Positions 26,901 through 38,714 are shown, counted from the first letter of the stretch. The stretch is DNA of 54,272 bases from Salisapilia sapeloensis CBS 127946 (GCA_023334545.1 JAADVB010000116.1:1-54272), one strand, 5' to 3'. Notes: generated from the sequence alone by a model not told the origin. Program-made: numbers and translations.

Positions 26901-29900
26901 CAGTCAGCTGAACAAGTTTTTATCAAGGTGAGTGAAAAGGTAAAAGGAGATGCTGGACTGGGTGCAGGATCTAATGAGAATAAGCAAGTGATACACTCCG
27001 AGACTGTAAAACCTCGATATAGTGTCCAGGAAGTATCAATCTACAGTGCTTCGCCTGTAGATATAAGAGGAACAATTCGACTGCAGTACGCAGGAGAATC
27101 TACTGGTGATATCGATGTCATTTCAACTGCAGACGTTGTGAAAAAGAAGCTGGAAAACTTGTATTCTATCGATACGGTGATGGTGACATCAACTCCTGTC
27201 AGTGGAGATAAATTCCTTCCAGTACAAAGGTATGGTGTCAAATGGAGTATCACAATTGCACCAGCAGATAGCATCTTTGCCAGTCCTAGTATGCTATTGA
27301 CCACGCAAAGTTCAGTAACGAAAGCTTGGAGACAAATGTCTTGTGGTGGAACCTTACTTGGAACATCACCATGTGCACAAGTATCCAGTGTAGAAGAGTC
27401 TGGACAAGTGTACAATGCGCTCATAGACTTAAACGACGTTGGATCCGATTTGAGCTCCGTGTCGTACACTGCGACAGTCTCCGCTATCAACTCCCGAAGC
27501 GACTTTAAGAGCAAAACAGTGTCGAGTAAAAAACCAGTGTACATTAGGAATCGAGCTCCTTCTGCTGTGGTGGATTTGGTGGCCAGTCCACTTGATGAAA
27601 GCACCATTGGTGTCAAGTGGAAACCGTCCCTTTCTTCAGGAGGTGATGCTATCCAGAACTACAGAGTCCAGTGGGATGTGAGTGAAAGCTTTACTGGTGT
27701 GAGCGCCTATTCTGGTGCTGATATTATTCAAACTATCGGAACACAAGTGTTCAATTACGAGATAAAGAGACTCGATAGTTCGTACGAGTATTACGTGCGA
27801 GTCATACCTTATAACGCACAAGGGTATGGAAACCCAGCGCTTGCCCAAGTGATCTTTAGTAACCAGCGAGTGGTTCGTATGATGCTGAAGAAGGATAATG
27901 GTGTCGACTTTGGAGCGCTTGATAGTGCTCTGCAGTACTTTAGACTTCACTTTACAAACTATAATACGCTCGAGACAGAGTTGATTCCAGTAAATGCTGA
28001 TGCCGCAGCGGTGGAAGAGGAGCTAAACAAGCTGGATGCTGTCGGCATGGTTTCCGTTACGAGGGACGATCATTCTAAAGGTGACGCCAATCTGTATGAC
28101 AGCATGTCGACTTCAGACTTTTTCCTAGACTGGCGTATCACGTTCATTCAAAGCTCTGTGGAAGGGATACGTCCGAATGATCTCGGTGACCTTGTCGTTA
28201 CACTGGACACGCAAGTAGCTACACCATTCGCCCAAGGGGACTTTACTGTCCAACCTATTAGTGACGAAGTAGAAGGCACAAGATCCGTTACTCCTCAAGC
28301 GATGCCAATTGCCATTTCGAAGGACCAAATACAGGTATCTGTCGTTGACGACACTTCGATCGGTGTCTACTGGACACTCGACCCGGCTCAAGTATCAAAG
28401 GTTCGGATAGAATGGAGCGATGTGCCGTATTTTGATCGATCAAGTTATTCGGACGAGAACATGTATGCAACGGTGACGGGTCTTGCAGCTATAGTTCCAA
28501 CAGCTGACGAAAAGTACTTGATCACAGGCCTATCCACTGGACTTTTGTACTACGTTCGCATTTCTGCTTTCAACGGTGACCTGGTCAATTCGCCTGACAA
28601 ACATCAAGGCTACAGTGATCCGATACTTGCTCAAGTTGTGGATGCTCACGGGAATAAAATTTCGTCACTCACTATCGCTCCGGCAGTCCAAATTCCATAT
28701 AAGCCGACAAGTGCTCGCATGAAAGTTAGCTCACTGGACATTCACGACCAGATTGAGCTCTTGTTCACCAGTCCTTCGCTCAACTATCTAGGCTTTCAAG
28801 CCGGTGATGGTGGTGACGCTATTACCAAGTATAGGGTGATGGTGGATACTAATACAGACTTTTCAAGTAGCAATAGGTTTAATGTGGACTTTAGCACGGG
28901 GGATGTTGATGGTAACCCACTGGCTTGTGTTAATGAAGAGTGCTCTTTCCCAATAGGCGCGACTGTGCAGAGTCTAAGCATTATGAAGGGAGCGACTGGA
29001 GAGTTTAAGCTGCAGAAAGGAGGGGAATTCACAAAGCGTATATGTCAGGACTGCAACATAGATCTAGTGCGTTCGTCCAATGGACTCGTGACGACTTTAA
29101 CTGCAGCAGATTTGACATGGGCAAATGATATGGGTACGCATGAGATGATCTCGTTGCGAAACGTCGATGGGCTCGCGTGCATGTTTCAAAAGTCGTCTAC
29201 GCAGTCTGCAAACCCGAACGAGCTCACTGTCACTTCTCACAATGGTGCAGCTTGTGGTCTAGTGGATACAGGTGGAGCGTTCGACGTTTACACACGAGAC
29301 ACTTCCAGTGCTTGCATCGGCAGTGCCGTGGCTTCTAGTGATCTAGCGACTGCACTTTTGAATTTATATGGAGACAAAGTGACTGTGAACCAGGAGGTGG
29401 ACTCGTCTACTTCGATGGCAAAGACATTCATGGTTACTTTTACCGGAGCAAGTGTATCGGGAAGACAAGATCCCATGCACGTTGTGGCTGCAGACGGAAC
29501 GGCTACGTGTACGAAGATGACTGGAAACGTGTGGGTAGAGTCAGAGATCCCTGGTGGGTTCTTGATGTCTGGTCAAAAGTACGCGATTCAAATTGCTGCA
29601 ATCAACTCTGCTGGCATCGGAGACTTTCTCCCAGCTAGAGCAGACTGTCATAATGGTCCATGTACAGAGGACTTCCGACTGGCTGCTCAAGCTCCTCCAG
29701 AAGCTCCTGAAACCGCGATCGTGCTCAACAAAATGGCTGACCATGAACAGTTGGAAGTTCAGTGGACACCACCTCTCGGCACGAATGGAGGTGCAGTTGT
29801 GAACTACCTTGTCGAGTACTCTACTGATTCATTCGGGCGAGTCTCGTTGTGTACGTCTTGTGCGACACAATTAGTTGGTCAAGAGCTTACGATCGATGTC

Positions 29901-32900
29901 GTGCCTGCCATTACGATCCCTGATGGTCACTTGATTGCTATTAGTAGTCTCCAACCCGAATGTCTGCTTATTAAAAAAGCAGATAAAAGCTCTAGTGGAA
30001 CGAAGAGAGTGTATGAAGTTGAAGCCAACCACGGCTGTGATGACTTTGCCGAACAGCTCGTTAATATTGAAGGTTTGCATAGCTCCAACGGTGGCTTTGT
30101 CCACGTCCAGCCAACGACTGCGCTTGTAGTAGATAGCAATGTCTATCAAACTGCGTTAACAAGTCTAGTTGCTGGTACTGCGTACGAGATCCGCGTTCGA
30201 GCACAGAATACGGAAGGCATTAGTGCTTTCACACCAGCTATTCCTACCTGTCCCAACTCTGTTTCGGATTGCACGGACGCTGTGTTGGGAGGTAACGCTC
30301 TGGCGATCGTGACGAGAGAAATCCCGAGTGTGCCAGTGGTCGAGCTTCCGTCTCTCCTTCGCACAGGTTCCTTTACGAACGAGTTGAAATTCAGTGAAAG
30401 TACGATCGAAATGGCACTGTCGGATCCGCACGAATGGGCTGGGTACGAACAAATTGATAGGTATAAAGTCGAGTGGGATGCTCTTCCAGACTTTTCATCG
30501 TCCAAGCAAAGTGCTTTGGTGGACTTGACTGGTCTCGAGCCTTCGCTGTTTACTACTAGAGAGTTGTGTAGTACATGTGTAGATGCACTCGCAGGAACGC
30601 TGCTGACGCTCTCATCTGATGTTGATGCGTTGCAGCCAGAAGAGTACGTTACCATTGACATGGGTACGACGAACTGTCTGCTGCATATAGAAAGTAAAAC
30701 TAGTCCATCCTCTTATAATGTCTACGCCGGTCACACCTGTGGCACGATCGCTTCTCCGGCAGCTTTATCCATGCATAAGCGCATCAAGTACATTTACGAG
30801 ATTACTGGACTAACTATGGGCGTACCAGTGTATGTACGTGCTGCAGCGCATAACTCACTCGGGTATGGTCCCTTTTCGGATCCGGTGAAAGTGAAGCCAC
30901 AACGACAGTCTGATCCACCCTACAACGTCCAAGTGCGTAAGCTGACACCGGAGCAAGATCCGAACATTGAGCGCGCAACTCGTATTTCTTCCGTGATGGT
31001 GACGTTTGCGTACCCGATGATTGATTTGATAACGGACTTTTATGGTGCTGGAGGGGACGATATTGAAGAGTTTTTGATCGAATGGGCAGATGCTGCGTGG
31101 AGTCAGCCGAAGAAAGAGGTGCAGACGATCGCCATTACTTCAAGCGGCAGTAATATAGTGTCAGGAGAGTTTACGTTGATGCTCGACACGACCATTGGAG
31201 CATGCCCTTTATGTCTAGAACATAGTCGAAGTGTCACAAATGCTATTTCACATAACGCAGATGCACCAGAGCTAGTGAAAGCGTTGCGAGCGCTCCCGAA
31301 TATCGGTCAGGTGGATGTGCGACGAGATCCAGCGGCTTGCACGGCATTCGACGAATGTACTTGGAAAGTGACGTTTATCTCCGAGATAGGGGACATTCCG
31401 ATGCTTGTTGTCGATAGCCATCGGCTGTATGATGCTGCTGGTGGTACGGTCGACGTCACGATAACTTCTGACAACGGTGATACGAACGGATTAAAGCTAT
31501 GTCCAACGAAGGACGCTGGTATTCTAAACGAAGGGATGGAGCACTGTGGTCGCGTGAGCTCTTCCGCAGACTCTAGCTACTCGTATTTGATCACTGGACT
31601 GGATCCTGGTGCGACGTATTACGTGCGTATGGCAGCGTATAGTACGATGGGATACAGCACTCAGCGTGTATCGGCTCCTGAATTTATAACCGTCCCGTAT
31701 GAAACTCCGAGTGCCGTTGTCTCTCCATTCAATGCCGATGGTAGACCGCTCTTGAAACTCTCTGGTCCGACTTCTTTAGTTGTAGTCTTCAACGCTCCTG
31801 TCTTTACCGGTGGTAGTGAAATCACGTCATATACGATCGAGTGGGATCGATCGGAAGACTTTACGAGCGGACCGAATGGTGACGCCATGGGAGCTCACTA
31901 TCTCGTGAATGACGCGTCAATTCGAAAGTACAGTACGAACGAAATGTTCTACAAGATTGAAGGACTGGCCACGAATCAAGTCTACTACGTTCGTGTGTTT
32001 GCTATTAACGAAGAGAAGGGTGCTGGACATCCAGTGCTGACGATGCCGACGCATGAGAAACCTCGTTCGAAACCGGAGATGCCGGCTTTACTAGAGACGT
32101 CGAATGCCGTACCAGAGGGTAGAAGCATGCAGGTGGCATGGACTCCGCCGGAGAATGATGCAAGGTCTGACAGCGCCATCGTAGCGTATCATGTACATGT
32201 GCTTGAGAAGAGTCTAACGGCACCATTCTTTGGTACACCAACGATCCAGACGCTAGAGACGAAGAACACGGTGGACGATGGATTCTTCACCTTGATGTTC
32301 GAAGGAGACACGAACTTTGTCACGGCACCGTATCGGAAACTTCCGGGTACCATCACTGTCTTGCAGGGAAGCTCGATTGTACGTACGAGTGAAGACTTGA
32401 CTGGATTGCTGGAAGTAGGAGATGTTGTCTTAATTGCAGGAGCCAAGTACCTCGTTGGTGCAACCGGGACTTTCTCTGCTACGCAGTTCCCACTCGCAGA
32501 TACTGCAGATATAAATGCCTTGTCTGGAGCAACGTTTGCGTCGACGCCTACGACGTATACTGGAACGACAATAGAGGACGAAGAACTGTACGCGCTGTGG
32601 AAAACGACTCCACTCGAGTATAACATCACTCCGAAGGACATGAAAGAGGCATTAGAGATGCTGCCTAGCGTAGGTATCGTCAACATCGAGCGTACGTCCA
32701 TAGCTGGAAATACGTACACGTGGGATATCACGTTCCTATCGACACTTCCTCGACCGAACAACCTGCTGGTGGTGAATGGACGGTATCTAACTGGTACGAG
32801 TGCTGGTGCCAGTGTGACGTTGACGGAACCAGGCAAAAATCCGACAAACTTGCACACGTTGACTGTGCCTACGAGTGAATTGAATGGAGAGCTACAGACG

Positions 32901-35900
32901 GTTATCGATGGTCTTGACACTGGCGTCGAGTACTTTGTTCAAGTCGCGGCTGAAAATGATCTTGGCGTCGGAGCGTTTAAGAGTAATATGGAAACGATAG
33001 GCTTCATCCCGACTAAGACACCTGACGCCATTGCAGACTTGCGTGTAATCGTACGATCAGCAACGTCTATAGGTGTAAAGTATGATCAGTTAGAGCGTTC
33101 TGGTGGTCTGCCAGTGGACAAGTATCGCCTCACGATTGACTCGATGTCTACATTCGAAAACACCAATACAAACTTGGTGCTAGATGATATTGCGAGAAGT
33201 CAAAAGTACTATCGAGTCACGACGGCTGCGCACACTGGTCCATTCACGCCTGAAAGTAAATTTATGCTATCAACCGTCCAATTACGTCCAGAAGTGTTGC
33301 TGCGGAACCCGCAACGGATTGATGCAAAGCTATCGGCATACGTGCAGCTGACTGAATTCGAAACCACAGGTTTCTTGATGAGGAGCAAACCGGAACTTGA
33401 TCGAGGTATCGGAGATGCGAGTCTAGTTGCGGAGGTAGGTCGAGGCCAAGTGCTTCGAGTCCGTAATGAACTCTTCACGGCATGTCTGGATTCGAATGTA
33501 AAGTACACTTTACCGAGTGTTAAAGTATCTGCTGTGAATGGCGATCGGTCAGAATTGACATTAGCTACTGCGTTATCTACGGCATGGATGGATGTGATAG
33601 TTTCTGGTACGATCCTTTCGCTTGGTGTTTCGGACTGGGCATGCCGTCTACAGGTGAATGTCGACATGGCACAGGCAGATGCTATCCAAGTGTCGCCACA
33701 TGATTGTCCGCAAGAGTTCTTTGATGAGAAGATGCCACTGGATGTAAATGTCCATATTGGACCTGCATTGCTGCCTGTATGCAATTACGATGATGCTTGG
33801 ACTCGAGTCTCACTGGAGAAACGTACAAGTATAATAGAGAAATTCAGGAATGAGAATCTGGACAATCCGATTGCGATTTTCAAGTCGACGCAGTCGCTAG
33901 GAATGATGAGTCAACTCGTGACGAATGAACAAGTCGGTCGCGTATCTCCTATGCCTCTTACGTTGGATGCAGAAGTAGCGCTTGAGTGTGGAGAGTACTT
34001 TCATCTCGGGTCTTTCTTTTCATCAAAACTCTTCCGGGTTGTAAACAAGTGCGATAGCACCAACACTTGCGGCTGTGATGTGGGTTTGATGGCTTCTACG
34101 ATTGAGATTGGCGATGTGCATAACGTTGCGACGGCCTTATCACAGTCAGATCTTGCTTTTAGTACGAAGGAAGTGCAGAAAGTAACGATTAAAGCGGCAG
34201 ACCCGATGGACTTTGGCGTCGGAGGCTTCCGTCTAAAGTTCGGAGGTGAAATCACTTCGACCACGAAAAGAGGTGGCGACGGTGGTGTCGACTTGAATGA
34301 CGATGTCGGGTGTCTTGTATGGGCTTCTGGTATAACTGACGATGACGCGGAAGCAGACCTTTTGGATATCAAAGACGAACTCTTGCGATTCGACACCATT
34401 GATAACGTACGCGTATCTCGAGAGATTACGCAAGATCGAAAGCAAGTGAATTATATTGTCGAGTTCCTCGGTATGGGAGGTAGAGGTAGATTACCAGAGC
34501 TGTCTGTGGTCAATGTCGGGAGTCAAGGATGCAGTGCATTCAGTGCTGCGGTCACGACGCATCAGGTGACGAGAGAACAAACGAGTCAAGTCAGCGTGTA
34601 CCGTTTACCTACCACTAGTCCCATTTCATTTGAAGCAACAGAAGCTGATGTGCAGCATGCTTTGGAAGCATTGGTGGATGTGGCTAAAGTCGACGTTGAT
34701 CGACAGACTCGAGACCATGGATATGACTGGGAGATCACGTTTAATTCGTATTCAGACAACGACGACTACTTGCCAGACGCAATCGTAGGAAATGGAGAGA
34801 TGCTGGTGGCAGTCTATGATCCAAAAGTGGTGGTGACTCCATTCAATCGACTACAAGTCGACCTAAGACCATATCCAGCTCTCATCGCATCCACTTCGAT
34901 CTTTGTCAAGCTGCAGGCACACAACTCAAACGGATTCGGTGCTGACTCGTTGCCGAATCCAGTGTCAACGCAGCTGAGTGACCAACCGCCTCTCGTCGTA
35001 CGAGATGCACTAGTGGAAATCCTGTCTGACACACAAGTCGCTGTTGAGTGGAGTGGTCCGAATAGCTATTTGAATGCAGATACTTTAAACTCGCTTTTAG
35101 AAATAACCGAGTACCGGCTCGAGTGGTGGCCAACGGGCGAAGAGAATAAGAAGAAGTACACGATTTTCCACGCGAGAGAGTCGGATCCGGTGCGGCAGGA
35201 TGTGCAATTGGTCAGTGTGAGTGCGCCAAAATTCTCTTCGAACGATGGGAAGACGTACGAGAAGACTTACACGATGGCAGGGACGTATCAGATCGGATAC
35301 GACAGTTGCTGGAGTCGAGAGCTGAGCTATGGTTGTACCGAGTTAGAGATGAAGGAAGCGTTGGAAGACCTTCCGACCATTCATCAAGTGCATGTAGATC
35401 GAGAGTTGGCTGCGAATGGGTACTCGTACATCATTCGTTTCGACCAGGCTTTCGGAAAGGACAGTGGGACTTCGAAGATGTTTTATAATTCTGATCTAGC
35501 TCCACCAGCACTCAACAAGCTGGAGACGAGGAACACGAACTTGCTCTTGTGTGACTCTACACCAGGCACGTCATGCTTCCCACACGTTCCGGATAGTGTG
35601 GGCCCAAGTGTCAGTCGTTCCGTCATGACAGAGGTACAGTCCCTACGCTGCAAAGGTGCTCCTGTATCGTCTGTCGGCTTCTTCCTCGAGCTAAACGGTC
35701 AAAAGACGAATAAAATTGCATCGGACGGTACGCTAATAGACTTGAAGGATGCTATCGAAGCAATGCCGGACGTTGGTGTCGTCAGCGTCACCTTTGCCAG
35801 TAACCCAGCCGCTACGACATCCTTGTGTGACGCTACGTCTCCCCCGTTCGTCCGGATTGACTTTATGACATTGCAAGGAGATGTACCACTCATGGTCGTT

Positions 35901-37181
35901 TCTGCAGATTCAGATGCTGGCGTAAGTGTCGTGACGAGAGAAGTTGAGAAGGGTAAGAACCAGCGTGAAAAGGGTCGGAAACCGTACTCGTTTGTCGTCC
36001 ATGGATTGGCACCTACAAAAACTTATGCACTCCGTATCGCTGGTGCAAATAGGATCGGATACGGATACTTTTCCGATATTCTTCAAATTAAGACGTACTT
36101 GCAGCCACCAAGTCCCCCTGCTTCCATCCAAGTCGCCGAGAACTTGGATGCACAACGGCTCCTTGTCACGTTTGAAGAACCTCCATTCGATGGTGGAAAT
36201 GACATTACAGGTTACCATATTGAATGGGACTTGATGCCGTCGCTTACGAGTACTTGTGGGGAAGCGATGGAAGTTGCAAGCATTCGCTTTGCAAGCGAAA
36301 ATGCGCTAGATGCTGTTCCGACGTTTGGTTTCACTCTTACGAGCCGATTTGCTTTCAGCGGCGACACGCCAAGTAATAGTAGATGCATCTCGTGGAAATC
36401 GACTGCTGCGCAAGTAGAGACGCTGGTGAAGGAACACGCCGGAGAGTTTTCGGCGTTAGAACACGTTCGGGTGACAAAGTATGGAGACGATAGTGCCAAA
36501 TGGGACTATGGACATACCTATCGTATCACGTTTGTGAATGAAGATGAAGACCCATTCTTCCAAGTGCCTGAGATAGAGTTTTATGCCGGATGCTCATTTG
36601 CGAATACCAAGTCTATTGCCTTCGAGCAAATGCACCCGGACTTGGATGTAATCACAGCAACGGGGGTGGTCAATACGGTGAAGAAAGCTTGTGATGCCAA
36701 CTTACTACGCAGTCGGTTGTACCACACCATTTCGGAAAACCAGGCACTGACGACTGCACTCTCGGCACCAGCACTGTCGCTCGGGTTGGAGTATATTGGA
36801 GCACACGCAGATATACTGTGTGAGTCGTGTGTGCAAACACTTGACGCGAGCAACAAGCTGACATTGGCATCGCCAATCAGCACGTCTCCACTGCCAAATC
36901 CGTATGTAATTCTAGAGGATCCTCTTCATGGTGCTTTCTGCGTTATGGAGCTGGTCGGATACAGCGATGGTGATACGACAGTCACAGTTGATCTTATGGA
37001 AGCAGAAGGGGTACATGGCGTTGCATGCTCTCTCGAGCTGCCTTTCGAAAAGCAAGCATATCGGATGAAGCAGTTCAATTTGCGAGCGTATTGGATCGCC
37101 AACTTGGTGTCTGGGAAACAGTACACTATATCCGTTCGTGCTGAGAACAGTGTAGGTCGAGGAGATGCCATCATTGTTTAA
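5920..37181 (+). CDS. Giant secreted multidomain protein, about 10,402 aa: FN3 (~22), filamin/Ig (~9), PA14 (3), unnamed repeat module (~40). Exons 5920-5986 and 6040-37181
   Basis: A 31-kb stop-free ORF. The ORF-track start at 6000 is a TTG. An upstream ATG at 5920 encodes the signal-like MRWWIEKTLIASVFLPLSYGNS and splices in frame (GTAAGA at 5987, TAG ending 6039) to the first FN3 (PGDPRNV..VNITWEPP..YLVEWD). FN3, filamin (AYGxGL..AG..F.IQA.D..N) and PA14 (GGL...YY.N..F..D.QINF.WG..YVSVRW.G) motifs recur along the ORF. The 5' exon is less certain than the ORF itself. Confidence 0.9.
5987..6039 (+). other. Predicted 53-nt phase-1 intron of the giant gene (alternative in-frame acceptor at 6045)
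   Basis: GTAAGA donor, T-rich interior with TTTTAAT, TAG acceptor. It restores the frame between ATG 5920 and the long ORF, and its size matches the two L21 introns. Confidence 0.7.
13950..14375 (+). other. PA14 domain 1 in the giant protein
   Basis: GGLRALYYDNYWF..KIDPQINMNWG..YVSVRWMGKV..SVDEVKVWFD..YYDLKIEYREESG..LYWSS. Confidence 0.8.
18399..18835 (+). other. PA14 domain 2 in the giant protein
   Basis: GGLAGYYY..RHDLSVDFSWG..YYSVMWTGEI..GSDEGAMLMLDG..YYAIQIKYR..VQLQWGS. Confidence 0.8.
22464..22900 (+). other. PA14 domain 3 in the giant protein
   Basis: GGLLASYYTNRWLF..RVDKEINFEW..YVSVRWQGYI..VNDGGRVWIG..ITVEYREEVG..LFWES. Confidence 0.8.
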
Positions 37182-38598
37182 CACACCAACATGCATATTT
37201 TAATCTAGATTTCGTATCATCGTTATTTGAGCTGTAAACCAAGTAGAGGAATATGTACGTAAAGCGATGAGACAATCGAGTACGACAGGAATATCTTTCT
37301 CATTGCTTTAGCGCACTGGCGTACGGCGTTTTATCGTTCTAACAAGTATTGTTCTAGTGGCTACTTTCTTACAACATACTCGAAATAGATCTATATGTGT
37401 ACATATTTGCAACATGTGATGCAACTTGCAGAGAGCGCGCTACCACACGACGGTACGAGTGTCGCTTGAAGTCGAAAGCGGCTTCAATGTACCTTCAAAC
37501 TATCTTATCCCGCGATACGATGTTTATCGCACGGACGCTCCGTGATAAGTACGTATTGCACGCACGGGTAGAGCCTGCGCGAACGTCAGGATCTTTTCCC
37601 GTAGAAAAACGACGTTAGACCGTCATGAAGTGTCCCTTTGAGCTCCAGTTGTCGCATACATCTCGCGACAGAGATACCTTCTGCCGGTGCCATGAAGAAT
37701 ACGAAGATGTACCTCGAGGCGACGAGTCATTTATTTACGACACGCGAACTAGAAATACAAGTTTGGGGATGCCATCTTCTAGATCTGGTCGACTGCCTGG
37801 TTGCTTGCGACAGTTGTCGAAAGATACTCTTGAACATCGCATCGTATTGATCCGCGAAACGCCGCCGTCGGGTGTAGATATGCGGACTTGCTTCGGCTTA
37901 CAACGAGTAGATGCAAAATTTACTCATAATGTAGAAGAGCTTGGGCATGTATGCTAGCTTTCCATTTCAAATGCGCCTCTTTACGATCCGTCCCATGGTA
38001 ACCCTGACAAGAAGATCAGTCTGCCAGAGGGACGCTGGGCGCCATGGTGCGTGTTCACAGCTACCTCGTTCACTCTAACTTCCGACCTTTTTTAATTAAG
38101 GATCCGTAACGGATAACGTTTTCATGCAAAAAGTACTTGCGACGTATGCGTTCATTTCTTGCGCCATGAAAAGGAGGTATGTCATTCTATTGCGAATGAA
38201 TGGGTATGCAAACATCTGAACGATAAGTGGAAATCTAGGCTCCAGCTCTTCCAAAACTCCGGCAGAACGCTCTCCCAAGAAAGCTGGCAGCGAGTACGTT
38301 TATGCACGCTAGCCACCTTTTGCCCTCCTGGCCAATGATAGTCGGCATCGTTTCTGATCGGGGCTTCTGATTAGTTGATACTGATGCGAAAGCCAGAACT
38401 AGGTATTCAAGGTGCTGGCGTGTGAGCAATGCCGCTATCGTGCGCGCCCTACAACGCTGCGACATCGAACGCTGGTCTTTTCTGCACGAAGTTACAACAA
38501 GAGTATTCTTTGTTCTAATGAAAAGGCTTGCCAACTGGTACGAGCGGCGGCAGCGACGATACGCGGTGGTGGCGTTGAAAATGACATGAGGCACTCAG

Positions 38599-38615
38599 CC
38601 TCATTCCGAGATTTT
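38599..38615 (+). promoter_or_regulatory. INR/FPR-like motif upstream of the acidic repeat gene
   Basis: CCTCATTCCGAGATTTT is a partial match to the oomycete consensus, about 100 nt upstream of ATG 38715. Confidence 0.4.
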
Positions 38616-38714
38616 CCTCCTCGAGTGCACACGGAAGTAGCAAAGAGCCCGAAGCGCAAGAGCTCTACGCCCAACGCACCAGCAGGAATCTACACGAAGT
38701 CTTCATTTTAAACC

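Noticed and set aside
5920-37181. Calling the giant gene titin
   Set aside because: It has no kinase or PEVK region, has a probable signal peptide, and carries PA14 and filamin domains. Only FN3 content and size are shared.
6036-37196. Numerous 60-240-aa ORFs overlapping the giant gene in other frames
   Set aside because: They are expected by chance over 31 kb of coding DNA, and none shows a recognisable domain.
37152-37262. Possible 57-nt intron (GTAGGT 37152 to TAG 37208) extending the giant ORF
   Set aside because: It would delete the canonical FN3 N..G.G end and add only 17 unrecognisable residues before a stop.
37300-38600. Short ORFs downstream of the giant gene, with faint MULE-like wording at 38096-38278
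   Set aside because: There is no catalytic motif or terminal repeat, and the similarity is too weak to call.
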